In this document: positions 27,493 through 40,767 of the stretch, in pieces
How positions within the stretch are numbered: position 1 is the stretch's first letter
Layout: each line of letters starts with the position of its first letter
Origin: Octopus vulgaris
Lineage: Eukaryota
Assembly (NCBI GenBank): GCA_951406725.2
Contig: OX597834.1
Location: 16,182,001-16,246,000 of the forward strand
Direction of reading: 5' to 3'
Length of the DNA: 64,000 nt
Translations under genes and position numbers: made by a program
Notes under the pieces: model-generated
Database searches by the model: none
What the model saw: the letters and a program-made list of their open reading frames with translations, nothing else
Told to the model about the DNA's origin: nothing

Positions 27493-28543
27493 TGTTTTCA
27501 AAACTCTGAAATGAAATGGAAAGAGTTTGTGGTAAGAATTTCCACAGAAAAATATTAGTTCTAATTAACTTCTCTCTCTCTCCCTCTGCATATATATCTG
27601 TGAATATATGCATGTGTGTGTGTATATATATACATGTGTGTATGTATGTATGTGTATGTATGTGTGTGTGTGTATATATAGTATGTGTATATGTATGTGT
27701 ATGTATGTTTGTGTGTATATATATTATGTGTATATGTATGTGTGTACGTATGTATGCATGCATATATGTGTGTGTATATAGCATGTGTATATGTATGTAC
27801 ATATGTATGCATGAATATATGTGTGTATATATAGTATGTATGCATGCATATATGTGTGTGTGTATATAGTATGTGTATATGTATGTACGTATGTATGCAT
27901 GCATATGTGTGTGTGTATATAGTATGTGTATATGTATGTATGCATGCATATATGTGTGTGTATATAGTATGTATATATGTATGTACATATGTATGCATGC
28001 ATATATGTGTATGTATATATATTATATATAAAGCTTTCTCTGTATCTTTTATTTTCTCTTTGTCACTTACTCTCTCTCTCTCACACACACACACACATAT
28101 ACATATACATACACACACACAGCCGAGAGAACACACAACAGAAAAATTCTATTCTCTCCCCCCCCACCCATCCCTTCTAAATGTGCCAACAAGTTTTGAT
28201 TATCTGGAGGGCATCAAAATGCATTTAATGTCAGAAATAAATACTATAAAACAGTATAAATAAATAAATAAATAAATAAATGAATAAATGAAATAACTAA
28301 AATAAATAAATAGATACAAAGAATCAGAATATGTTCAGTATGAAAAGCTATTGGTGAGTAAGGAGGGAGAGATGGTGGTAAGAAAGGTGGAGAGGGGTGT
28401 TTCATTGTAGGTCATACACCAGTGGGTTGTCCATCGCAGTAGGGGTCACGTGGATTGTGAGCGCACAACAGGCTTTAGTTGTTGCTACAACACAGACTTC
28501 ACCCTTCCATGCCGTGTTCCCTCAACAGAGGGAATAGGTTTAA

Positions 28544-29168
28544 CCCTTTAGCATTTAAACTGTCCATTATGCAGTCTAAATATTCTTCCTGTTTTATGCA
28601 GAAACTGACCAGGTGCAGGAGTGGCTGTGTGGTAAGTAGCTTGCTAACCAACCACATGGTTCCGGGTTCAGTCCCACTGCGTGGCATCTTGGGCAAGTGT
28701 CTTCTGCTATAGCCCCGGGCCGACCAATGCCTTTGAGTGGATTTGGTAGACGGAAACTGAAAGAAGCCCGTCGTATATATATATATATATATATGTGTGT
28801 GTATATGTTTGTTTGTCTGTGTTTGTCCCCCTAGCATTGCTTGACAACCGATGCTGGTGTGTTCACGTCCCCGTCACTTAGCAGTTCGGCAAAAGAGACC
28901 GATAGAATAAGTACTGGGCTTACAAAGAATAAGTCCCGGGGTCGAGTTGCTCGACTAAAGGTGGTGCTCCAGCATGGCCGCAGTCAAATGACTGAAACAA
29001 GTAAAGAGAGAGAGAGATCTGGCCTCTCACACTCATCCTACAATTTCATTCTGAACATAAACAGTTGTGTGATTGAAACCTCAAAGCTACAAGACAATGC
29101 ATGATTAATTCAAAACAATGTGAATAAATAAGCAATACATTTGACAGAGCAATCCGAATGCTAAAAGG
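28544..29168. mobile_element. piggyBac-type MITE (TTAA|CCCTTTAGCATT) interrupted by a SINE
   Basis: ttaa-ccctttagcatt...aatgctaaaagg-ttaa, with a partial tandem copy to about 29373. Confidence 0.65.
28612..29008 (+). mobile_element. SINE family A copy nested in a MITE
   Basis: Full-length homology to the family. Confidence 0.85.
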
Positions 29169-29715
29169 TTAAACTGGCCACGTCCAGCCAAAATAATCTG
29201 ATTTACCTTCAAACTGGCCAGATCCAGCCTCTTACACTCGACCTACAATGTTACTCCAAAAATAAACAATCACATCATTGAAATCTCAAAGCTACAAGGT
29301 AAGGCATGACTAATCCATAGCAATGTGAATAAGCATTACATCTGTCAGAATAATCCGAAAGCTGAAGAGTTAAGCATCATCTCTGTCAGATTTCTGGTAA
29401 ATCAGTAATAAACAACACCTAGATAAAAGAACATGCAACCAGCTCTATCCATTAGTTTGGCAATCATTACTCTTCAGTGGTATATACAACTGTTTATTTT
29501 TTGGCTCAGGAGCCCAGAGGGAGAATAAAGTTAGGGTCAGGTCTGATAAGGAAGAAGTTAATTACTATACCAAACCACTGAAAATTCTTGAATATTTTAA
29601 AGATTCTAGGACACAGAAATGCTTGTTCTGAAGTGTTAAATATTTAAATTAAAACCTCCCATCCTAATTTTACCTGAGAAATCTTCATTAAGTTATATTC
29701 CTAAGAGAAAGTGAA

Positions 29716-30300
29716 CTCGGTTCTATATTTAAGAGATGAGGAATTATGTACATTATTTACATTTGATAGATATTTGTCCTCATCTTGTTTGTTGTTAACA
29801 CAATGTTTTGGCTGATATACCCTCCAGCCTTCACATAGCATAGTGGTTAAGAGCATGGGATACTAACGCCAAGATTCTGAGTTCGATTCCAGGCAGTGAC
29901 TTGATAAATAATAACAACAACATCGAAAAATCAGTTGTTAGTTGTCGAAGCACTGCATCCTTCAAAACTTCCATGCTTCTTGAGATTCGCCAACACTACA
30001 CTTGATTTTCTTCCCTCCATACACACACAAGCATGTATCTGACTCATACATTGTTCGCTTTCCAGGCATTTGTACATTACTGCATACACTTTATACGCAC
30101 TTTCTGACAAGTTGTGGTGCACCTGAGCACTGTATACAATTAATTTCATTATTATTATTATTATAAAATACCTTAGGAATGAGAACCCAGGTCCGAAATT
30201 TCCCCAAGACACCTGATGAAGGCTGGAGGGTATATCAGCCGAAGCATTGTGTTAACGACAAACAAGATGAGGACAAATATCCATCAAATACAAATAATGT
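29716..30300 (+). mobile_element. tRNA/hammerhead element with inverted 3' segment at its 5' end, flanked by a target-site duplication
   Basis: Inverted tail at 29720-29833, tRNA head at 29836-29905, and ribozyme GACAC-CTGATGA-AGGCTG..CAGCC-GAAGCATT-GTGTT at 30208-30253. AGAAAGTGAA is repeated at 29706-29715 and 30301-30310. Confidence 0.8.
29932..30165 (+). mobile_element. LINE 3' end with (TTA)n tail nested inside the hammerhead-bearing SINE
   Basis: Encodes VVSCRSTASFKTSM..* followed by a UTR and (ATT)n. It splits the host element at catcgaaaaa|taccttagg, which is contiguous in the 45523 copy. Confidence 0.6.
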
Positions 30301-30596
30301 AGAAAGTGAATTATTTTGATAAATCCTTCAAAATTCTTCACTATTTTTAAGGTTCTAGGACACAGAGATGCTTGTTCTGAAATGTCAAATATTTAAATTA
30401 AAACATCCAATCCTAATTTTACCTTAGAAATTTTCGTTAAGTTATATTCTAAACCTTATCTTAACCTAGTCATGCCGTGTTCTGACTATAGCAGGAATAT
30501 GGGACAAAACAGTGAATTTAGTTGCACTGAGCAGCTTACATCTAAGGTTGCTTAGTTTGTAGAAGACCTTCAATCAAATAATTCAAATAATTTAAA

Positions 30597-30808
30597 CCCT
30601 TTAGCATTCAGATTATTCTGTCAAATGTAATAATTAATTACTCATATAGTTTTTAATTAATCATACATTATCTTGTGGCTTCGCGATTTCAATGATATGA
30701 TTGTTTATTTTTACAATGACATTGTAGAGTAGGGGTGACATGTTGATCGTGGTCATTTTGAACCCGAAACAAGCAGAATATTTTGGCTGGGTGTGGCCGG
30801 CTAAAGGG
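30597..30808. mobile_element. piggyBac-type MITE, same family
   Basis: ccctttagc...gctaaaggg-ttaa. Further copies at 40019-40236 and about 50255-50416. Confidence 0.7.
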
Positions 30809-30873
30809 TTAAATTGTGAATTTCATCAAAGAGGAAACTCTCCTTTCAGCCCTTTCCAAGAGGTTATGTATAA

Positions 30874-31108
30874 AGGCGGCGAGCTGGCAGAAACGTTAGC
30901 GTGCCGGGTGAAATGCTTAGCGGTATTTCGTCTGTCATTACGTTCTGAGTTCAAATTCCGCCGAGGTCGACTTTACCTTTCATCCTTTCGGGGTCGATAA
31001 ATAAAGTACCAGTTTCGCCGCACTGGGGTCGATGTAATCGACTTAATTCCTTTGTCTGTCCTTGTCTGTCCCCTCTATGTTTAGCCCCTTGTGGGCAGCG
31101 AGGAAATA
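30874..31108 (+). mobile_element. SINE family B copy
   Basis: Family homology. Confidence 0.85.
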
Positions 31109-31139
31109 TATGTACTAAGATGGATGTAAACTGACATTT

Positions 31140-31840
31140 GTGGAAGGGGTTACATAAAAAGTTCACTGGCTTTTAAGAAGAAATGTAACAATTGTGTCAG
31201 GTCAAATTATTTTTGAAGGCTCAGAGTAAGAAGAAATTTTTTGTTTTTTCCCCCCTTTTTCTTTTTGCCTGGCAAAATGATGAGGGATGTACCAAGCTTC
31301 ATGCCTATCTGAATGATATTTTGAGCAGCTGACGGAATAAATTAAATCCTTAAATGCCAGGAAGAAATACAAACATCATAAAATTCATTGGTTCTTTGAA
31401 AGCTTTTCACGAGCAAACAGGAAAATTGGAAAATAATGTAATAAAATATTACAATGTTTGAGAAACTGTCATGAATTCCTGTTGTTGGTGGTGAAAACCA
31501 AGTGGCTTCCAGAATCAGAATTTGCAAAATACGAAATTCTAAAGCATTTGACAACATTGGAATATGAATTCGAGTGATATTTTCCGGAATTCAAAGGTGA
31601 AGGATTGGATTCGGAGCTAAATCCATTTAAATTGTCAGCTGAAAAGTTTCTTCACGATTATCAAAATGAATTTCTGGAGTGGAAGAATGATCCAAAAGCA
31701 ACAGATATGTTTGATGAGAAATCAATTGCAGAAGTTTGCGCCTTCACGTACAATTCTTGCCGAAAAACGGTAGAAATGTATTTTTATGAGACAAACTTTT
31801 CAGCTCAGTTGCAAATGAAGTAATGAAGAAATGAAATAAA
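31140..31840 (+). mobile_element. Decayed hAT (Charlie/Buster, ZBED8/FAM200-like) transposase fragment
   Basis: Frame-broken peptides AYLNDIFEQL, GRNTNIIKF, HLTTLEYEFE*YFPE, NPFK, EFLEWKND, YETNFSA, all characteristic of the C-terminal half of this transposase group. Confidence 0.75.
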
Positions 31841-32952
31841 CTGTCAAAACTGGTTTCAAATTTTGGCACAAAGCCAGCAATTTCAAGGATGGGAGCAAGT
31901 CAATTACATTAATTCTCATGTTCACTGGTACTTATTTTACTGACCCCAAAAAAGGATGAAAGGCAAGGTCAACCTCAGCACAATTTGAACTCAGAAGGTA
32001 AAGATGGACAAACTGCTGATAAGCATTTTGTTCAAGGTACCAAAGATTCTGCTAGCTTGCTACCGTCTTTGTGACATAGATTAAATTATCCATTAGAATT
32101 TCATATTCAACTCTGGAACACAAATTAATGTGAAATTCTAATCAATAGTTTAATTCAGATCCCTTTTAAATTGAAAGTTAGTAACAGAAAACCAAAAGTA
32201 CATTCAAGCAGGTTGGTATCGAAAGGGTTACAATCAGGCCTTACGGGTCCTAGGGTTCTCATAAAATGAAGGAAAACTAGTACAGCTGGTAAGTAGAGTC
32301 AACAGTTGACCAGGTACCTTGCACCATGCTTTTGCTAATTGTTTCAGGAGCTTAAATAGTTGCAGGCTGATATAGACACTCTTGGCTCCAGGGAGGGTGT
32401 TCACACCCAAGATGTGACAGCTGAAGTAAGAGAGGGCTGCACTCTCAGAGAGCTGGCACTCATTTCAGCTGAGGGGATTTCAGTAATAGGAAATGAGAAT
32501 GAAGTGCCTTGCTTAAGGTCAAAACTGGTGACCAGGTCAGAAATCAAACTTTTGTCAGCCCAACACAATATGTCACATGCTTTCACAAGTAACACTAACA
32601 CTTAGTAATGTATATATCCTACCGGTGACATGATCTTCAAATGTCAGGCCTCTTGGAAACAATGACAAGTGACCAGGACCTTTGGCAATATGCTGGGGTT
32701 GAGAAAACAGGTCAAGCCAGGTGGAATCACAGTCATGACCACTGCCGGTGTCACGTAAATGGCACCTATGCTGGTGGCACATAAAAAGCACCCATTACAC
32801 TTTCAGAGCAGTTGGCATTAGGAAGGGCATCCGGCTATAGAAAACCATGCCAAATCAGACTGGAACCTGATGCAGCCCTCTGACTTACACGTTACAGGTT
32901 AACTGTCTAACCCATGCCAGCATGGAAAGTAAACCTTAAATAATGATGATGA

Positions 32953-32990
<38 letters not shown>

Positions 32991-33081
32991 ACTTTAATCC
33001 AAATTTTAAAATCTATTGGCATTATCACTGCTACTAAATTTATAAAACACCAATAAAACCATTAAAGAATATAATCCAAGA

Positions 33082-33154
<73 letters not shown>

Positions 33155-33188
33155 TATATATATACACATATACATATACACATATATA

Positions 33189-33228
<40 letters not shown>

Positions 33229-33422
33229 TAGATATATACACATATATATATACATACACATATATATGCATATATATATATATATATATATACATATATA
33301 TACACACGCATATATATATAAACATATATATACATATATATATATACACATATATATATACATATATACAAACACACACATATATATACACACATATACA
33401 CTTATATACACACACACACACA

Positions 33423-33614
33423 TATTGAATGATATCATTATGGAGAGTCGCATACAGGACTTGAAGTTTCTATGTCAATGGAACAATGACCACTTAACAC
33501 CTTCACTTGTTGCTAGACTGATGCCCACAGCTGAAGAAGTGTGGCAATCATTGTATTATTGACACAGAAACTTCAAGTCTTGTATGTGAGCCTCCATAAC
33601 AATATCATACAATA
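33423..33614. repeat. Imperfect inverted repeat, ~65-bp arms
   Basis: CATACAGGACTTGAAGTTTCTATGTCAAT versus ATTGACACAGAAACTTCAAGTCTTGTATG. Confidence 0.85.
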
Positions 33615-34449
33615 AAAATAATTCTCTATTTCCAATGAAATTGAGGTCTACCTAAGAGCACATCACTGGGAAATAAGCTTGTTAACCACACAGACATGTC
33701 GGTATTCTCTTTTCCTTGCATGGATTCTACAGCTAAATGCCCTTCCATATGCCAACCATTTCCCAAAATGTAATAGGGGCAATTTTAGCAGAGCACCAAG
33801 ACAACTTTTAGCACGACTAAAAAAATAAGATTGTATGCAATGGGCTTCCATGCAGTTTCCATCTACTAAATGTCAATCACATGACCACATGGTACTGGTC
33901 AATGACATGCTATACTAGAACCAACCCATGGTGTAATAGAACCAAAACCATGTAATAGAACCAAAACACAGGACTGACCCTAGGAGGTCCTTCCTTGTTT
34001 CAAAACAACCAGTTGAGATATGCAAGAGATTTGGTTGGTCAGGGGACCGGAATTTTTGAAAGGTGCTGGAATGACTGGTTGAATCTAGCTGCCATAGAGA
34101 ATTGCAGAGAGTTGCAAACCTAACTCCATGCAGCATAGAGTAAAAAGTTGGTGATGACTTCTTGAGTTGAATCAAATTCTAAATAACTGAGAAACACAGA
34201 ACACAGCAAATCAAAACAAGGTATTTCTGGAGCAATCCTGAGGCATTCCAGAACAAAAGAATGATTTCATTTCTCTTTTACTTAGTTTTTTGGGGTTTTT
34301 GTGGGGTTTTGGGGGTGGGGTGGGGGGCTTCTCTTTCTTATTTCTAGCTAGACGGTAGGATATTTATATACGTATATATCTTAAAATAACACAGCTACAT
34401 ATGGTGAATAAATGCAAACGTACTAATGCATACACACACATACACACCT

Positions 34450-34490
<41 letters not shown>

Positions 34491-34607
34491 AGCATAAATA
34501 CTTGTGTGCATGTATATATATATATGTGTGTGTGTGTGTATATATAGAGAGACATATACACATAAGCATAAATCCTGATGTGCATGTATGTATGTATGGA
34601 TGTGTAT

Positions 34608-34661
<54 letters not shown>

Positions 34662-35273
34662 TGCATACATCATTGTATTCCAGTTTCTGCATCTATTTTT
34701 ATGAGCATATATAGATGTATGCACGCATCAGTGTGTGTATGCATGGGTGGGTGTGCATATGTGCGTGTATGTGTTTGTGTATACATACAGGCAGATACAC
34801 ACACACTTATTTACATATATGCACAAATGTTTGTGCACATGTGTGTGTGTATAAACATATATATATATATATATACACACACATATATAGTGGTGTGCGT
34901 GTGTATAAACATATATATATATAAACACACATACACACACACACACACATATAGTGGTTTGTGTGTATAAACATATATATATATACATACACACACAGTG
35001 GTGTGTGTGTGTATGTATATACATATGTATATATACACACACACACAGAGACATATATTCACCATTGTATTCCAATATCTACATGTGTGTATATGAGTAT
35101 ATATAATTGCCTATGTGTGTATGTGTGTGTATAAAAATGCGGGTGTGTATCGACACAGACATGTACTTGCCACATCACCAAGACAATGAAATTAGATGGC
35201 AGCAACACTAAATATAGGTGAAGAGCCACATCACAAGAAACAATAGCAAACGCACACGCACACACACACACAC

Positions 35274-35314
<41 letters not shown>

Positions 35315-36330
35315 CACACACACACACACCTGTCCCCCCTCTCACTTTACTAATAGTCTTTCGTTTTTTTATACAAGAAGTCATTTAGCACAATTAAGGT
35401 AAATACATACTAAATTCGAACAGTCAATAAAACACAACTTCCTTATTCTGTTTTAGCTGTTGTTGTTGTCTCGTTAATTTTAAAAAACTTTTTTTTCCAC
35501 TTTTTGTTTGTTTGTCTTTTGTTTTTTTTTGTTTTTTTTTCTAAGTGATTCACCAAAATTAGATATAAAAGTTAATTTCAAATTGTTCTCGTATGTTTTA
35601 TTTAGGTTTTTTGTTTAAAATTTTTTTTTTTAATTTTTGTTTATCTGCTATTTCCAACTTGTCTTTTGTTTTCTGAGATTTTTAATTTTCTGAGGGATCT
35701 TTTTTTTTCTTTTTTTAAATTTATCTATTTGATATTTTTTAATATATCGTGTCTCTTGAAACTATATTTAGACATGAAACATGAATTGTGGGGGAGGGCA
35801 TACAACAAAAGAAATAATAATAATGATGATGATGATGATAATGAGAAGAAGAATGTGTGTGTCCTTCTGTGTCAGAGATGACAATCATCATCATCATCGT
35901 TTAACGTCTGCTTTCCATGCTAGCATGGGTTGGACGGTTTTGATTGAGGGCTGGCAACCAGATGGCTGCACCAGGCTCCAGTCTTGATCTGGCAGAGTTT
36001 CTGCAGCTGGATGCCCTTCCTAACGCTAACCACTCCGAGAGTGATGATAATAAAACTGGTGATGGTGGTGGTGGTGGTGGTGGTGGTGAAGATGATGATG
36101 ATGATAGTTTTTTTTTGCTATAGGAACAAGGCTTGAAATTTTGGGGAGAGAGATAGTCAATTATGTCGACACCAGTGCGTAACTGGTACTTAATTTATCA
36201 ACCCCGAAAGGATGAAAGGCAAAGTCGACCTCGGCGGAATTTGAACTCAGAACATAAAGACGGATGAGAGATGCCACTAAGTATTTTGCACAGCTTGCTA
36301 ATGATTCTGCCAGCTCACTGCTTCAATAAT

Positions 36331-36381
<51 letters not shown>

Positions 36382-36856
36382 TATAATAAATTGGAGAGAG
36401 TGTTTGTGTGTGACACAGAAAGAGAGGAACAGAGAGATAGAAAGAAAGAGATGACAGAAGAAAAGAAAGACGAAAGACAATACAAACACACACAAAACTA
36501 TCAAAGAGAATTTAAAAGGTGTATGGGAAGGGCGAGCAATTCTACCATACAATCATAGTGGAGTGAGGGGGGGGTCTTTTAACTGGTTTAGTTGGGGGTG
36601 GGTGTTTTGTTTATTGAGAGACTGCTTTTTTTTTTCCATTTTTATTTTTCCTTGTAATTTTTCTTAATTTTGTTTTGTTGGTTGTTTTGGGAGTTTTTTT
36701 TTTTGGCTTTAGCCAAAGGCAGGTAAGCTCCAGGAAAGATTGTTATTAGAAGAAAAGAAATGAGAGAAAAATATAGGAAGTAAGGGTTCGTTTTGTTCTT
36801 GTAAAGTTTGGAATATCTTTTTTCCCAAAGAGTAAAACTATTTTTGTCAAGATATA

Positions 36857-37260
36857 CCTACATACATACATACATACATACATACGTACATACTACATAC
36901 ATACATACATACGTACGTACATACATACGTGCGTACGTACATACATACATACATACATACATACATACATACATACGTACATACATACATACGTACATAC
37001 ATACATACGTACATACATACATACATACATACATACATACATACATACATACATACATACATACATACATACGTACATACATACATACGTACATACATAC
37101 ATACGTACATACATACATACATACATACATACATACATACGTACGTACATATGTACATACATACATACATACATACGTACATACATACGTACATAAATAC
37201 ATATGTACATACATACATACATACATATGTACATACATACGTACGTACGTACGTACATAC
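36857..37260. repeat. (TACA)n/(TACG)n tetranucleotide array
   Basis: Direct inspection. Many other TA/CA/TACA fields occur at 5100-5900, 22700-23230, 26360-26820, 27600-28020, 33085-33420, 47350-49280 and 58640-61230. Confidence 0.95.
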
Positions 37261-37558
37261 AGTATGTGCATGTACATGCAATCCTATGCACAGATATACA
37301 CTCACATTTATGAACATACATACACATATATATGCAACAATCAACATGTGCACTCAAACACAAACACACACTCACAAATATATACATACATCCATGCATT
37401 AACAAATATACACATATATACATACACACTACATAAATATATACACATATACAAACATGCAAAAACTAAAATGTGTCTGTGTGTGTATGTATATATATAT
37501 ATTATATACACACACACATGCTCATATATATATATATATATATACACACGCACACATG

Positions 37559-37605
<47 letters not shown>

Positions 37606-38564
37606 GCACACATGCTCATATATATATATATATATATATATACATACATATATATATATACATATATATACATACATATACATACATATATATATATATA
37701 TATACATACATACACATGCACACAAACATACGCTTAAATACAACTATAAATACATGTCAATAAACACACACACCACAAATACACACGCACACATACACAC
37801 ACACACACACACACAATCAAAATCATGACAGCGTTCCAGTTTGAACTTTTATTTTTTTTTTTATTACAGAAATAAGGGGAGGCATAAATCCCTGCCCCCC
37901 CCCCCGACCCCAGCGCCCACCCACGCGTGGTTTGTTGGTTTTTTTTTTTTTTTTTTTTTTTTTTTTCCAAAAAAAATTTCCTCTCTGTTTTGTTTGAAAC
38001 AATAAATTCCCAAGGTCCATGGACATTTCAAGACATTCTCCATTTTTATCTTCTGAAAGAAATAATTATTTTAGTGGCGTTTGTTATTGCCTCTTTATTG
38101 TATGCAAGAATCATGTGGGCGCTGTTGTCACTCTTCCTCATTTGTTAACATGAGACTTATGAGGTTTTTTTACTGTTGACATCTGGCTTCTTTCACTAAG
38201 ATGGAAATAGTTTCCCAATAATATCTGCCATTATTTGGTTGCTAGGGTACACTATATGTATGTATGTATGTGTGTATATGTGCACGCGCTAAGATTTGTG
38301 CTATATTTTACTTATTATTAATATAATCTTTTTTTTTTCTTTTTTTTTTCTATGGTGTAGTCCAAACAAGTATGGGAGGGCACTGCACATGACCTTTTAC
38401 AAGGCCTCCAAAACTGGCAGAGAAAGCATACAATAGCATTTCAAAGTATATACTTTAACCCTAAGTTAGCCCTGGTTGAATATACCTGTAATTAAAGATG
38501 TTCCAGACATGACCATCTGATCTCTTTTAGTCAGGGCATTTAGTATGGAAATTAGATTTTCTTG

Positions 38565-38845
38565 GTAGCCTCGCCTGGCCCCCGTGCCGGTGGCACATAA
38601 AAAGCACCATCCGTTCGTGGACGTTTATCAGCTCTGTCTGGCACCAGTGCGGGTGGCACGTAAAAAGCACCCACTACACTCACGGAGTGGTTGGCGTTAG
38701 GAAGGGCATCCAGCCGTAGAAACACTGCCAGATTTGACTGGGCCTGATGAAGCCTTCTGGCTTCACAGACCCCAGTAGAACTGTCCAACCCATGCTAGCA
38801 TGGAAAACGGACGCTAAACGATGATGATGATGATGATGATGATGG
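38565..38845 (+). mobile_element. Family C retroposon with (GAT)n tail, probably RTE-related
   Basis: GGTTGGCGTTAGGAAGGGCATCCAGC...CCAACCCATGCTAGCATGGAAAACGGACGCTAAAC(GAT)n, with internal GGCACGTAAAAAGCACC repeats. Other copies at 1-225, 2356-2610, 11924-12255, 12570-12890, 17075-17400, 20363-20695, 32630-32955, 35885-36043, 44298-44510, 52582-52750 and 63480-63765. Confidence 0.8.
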
Positions 38846-38879
38846 TCATTCAACCTAAAGCAGTACAGATGTTAATATA

Positions 38880-39283
38880 GGCGCAGGAGTGGCTGTGTGG
38901 TAAGTAGCTTGTTTACCAACCACATGGTTCCGGGTTCAGTCCCACTGCGTGGCACCTTGGGCAAGTGTCTTCTAATATAGCCTCGGGCCGACCAAAGCCT
39001 TGTGAGTGGATTTGGTAGACGGAAACTGAAAGAAGCCCGTCATATATATATGTATATATATGCATGTGTGTGTTTGTGTGTCTGTGTTTGTCCCCCTAGC
39101 ATTGCTTGACAACCGATGCTGGTGTGTTTATGTCCCCGTTACTTAGCGGTTCGGCAAAAGAGACCGATAGAAGAAGTACTGGGCTTACAAAAGAATAAGT
39201 CCCGGGGTCAAGTTGCTCGATTAAAGGCGGTGCTCCAGCATGGCCGCAGTCAAATGACTGAAACAAGTAAAAGAGTAAAGAGT
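38880..39283 (+). mobile_element. SINE family A copy
   Basis: Full-length homology to the family. Confidence 0.85.
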
Positions 39284-39299
39284 ATACTATTCTTTAAAG

Positions 39300-39890
39300 G
39301 TAAGGTGTTGAGTCCCAGACAGTTTTTCTGAATACCATCTTGCAGAGTGGGGGTAGCTCTGTACACCATGATCTACGAAAGGCAACATCCCCTCAGCAGA
39401 CAAGGAACTCAATGGCAGCATTTTCAGAATGTGTTAAGTTAGTTTCTGAGTATATAATAGTTGAAGTAAAGTCATCTCAACAAGAGCAGCTAACCTCCAG
39501 ATTTTGTATGCAGACAAGTTTGTGATATCTGTGTAATTAAGGTGCTACTTTATTAGAGACAGAAAATTCCCAGTAATTTTTGTAGTGATGTGTAAATTAT
39601 AAGGTGGATTAAACCAGATTACTTTCCCCCTTTCTGATTCTGCTCAGAAACTGGGTAGGCAGGGGTTTCTTTATATAGAATAACTTCTCAGTGAAACTAT
39701 TCATATAGGGCCTTGAGAGAGTTGCCGGGAGGATACTGCCTGTTGAAAATTTGATAGGAGATTCTTCTATTTATGCCTGCTACAAGGTCCCTAATATTAA
39801 CTTAGGAGGTGATTGGAATCCCTATGTATATATACCATTTCCTTGTTTAGCTTTGCATTGGAAAAGTGTCTGTCTATCTGAAAGCCTAGG
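39300..39890 (-). mobile_element. Decayed Penelope-like element ORF remnant (RT thumb/linker to start of GIY-YIG domain)
   Basis: Minus-strand fragments VYIHRDSNH, GINRRIS, RKGEVIWFNPPYNLHITTKITGNFLSLI, HRYHKL..NLEVSCSC and CL..MVYRAT occur in the order expected for Penelope-like ORFs, with many stops and frameshifts. Confidence 0.8.
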
Positions 39891-40018
39891 AAATTAGCTG
39901 CCATTAGATTGGTGGGCAGAATTATACATTATCTAAACTCCTTTAAAATCCATGATTCTCACTCATCACCAAACGCATGACAATTTATTACAGGTTGGCA
40001 AATATCAGCATGGATTAA

Positions 40019-40236
40019 CCTTTTAGTATTCAGATTACTCTGTCAAATGCAATGCTTGTTTGTTCACATCATTTTCAATTAATTGTGCATTATCTTGTAG
40101 CTTTGAGGCTTCGACGTGTGACTGTTATGTTTAGAATGACATTGTAGGGTAGGTGTGAGAGGCTGGATCTTGCCATTTTGAATATAAAACAGATAGAATA
40201 TTCGGGCCTGATAAGGCCAGTTTCAATACTAAGGAA
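40019..40236. mobile_element. piggyBac-type MITE, same family
   Basis: TTAA flanks; internal sequence homologous to 30597-30808. Confidence 0.65.
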
Positions 40237-40767
40237 TTAATCAACAAATTGTTTGCTAAAATTATTAACAAGACCATTGGTTCTTGTTAGATTCATTGAT
40301 CCAGAGGTACTTATGACTGAGGAGACACAATAATGTTGAAACACTGGCTGCTCCAGAAACCTTTGCCCTAATGAATTGTGTTATTAATACATATTCCTCA
40401 TAAAGTAGTTGGTCTCCTGTGATGAAACACAACAGCGATTAGCATATTTGTGTTCAAGTCTGCCAGAACATATTAAAAACAAATAATATAAACCATAACT
40501 TTGATTCTAGCTGTTCACCATACATAAGATGATTTAATGTGTGCGTGTATGTGCACACGCATGTATGTGTATGTGTTTCTGTGTACCCTTGTCTCAACAT
40601 CATGTGGTGAAATGTAATCAAGCATCACCATTATATTAGCAATGTTGTTCATCTCTAGTCTTCCATAAAAAAAAATGCCTGGCAATGGAGAAATATTAAC
40701 ATGCTTGAAAACAGCTGAAAGTTGGCAACAGAAAGGGAAAAGTAAAGGTAAATGGCAATGATGATAG

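Noticed and set aside
29836-29905. Functional tRNA gene (also SINE heads at 13580-13650, 16182, 45745-45822 and 60990-61060)
   Set aside because: A and B boxes are present, but there is no intact acceptor stem or terminator, and each continues into a repeat body.
36713-36722. Plus-strand 10-nt microexon (poly-T..ag|CCAAAGGCAG|gtaagc)
   Set aside because: No plus-strand gene is evident, the length is not frame-preserving, and such motifs arise by chance in T-rich DNA.
36808-37737. 309-aa YIHT-repeat ORF and the many YI/CV/HT ORFs elsewhere
   Set aside because: TACA/TA/CA microsatellite artefacts.
38100-38125. ARIMWAL peptide resembling TAK1 FRIMWAV
   Set aside because: It lies on the strand opposite the kinase exon, and the flanking residues and splice sites do not fit; coincidence.
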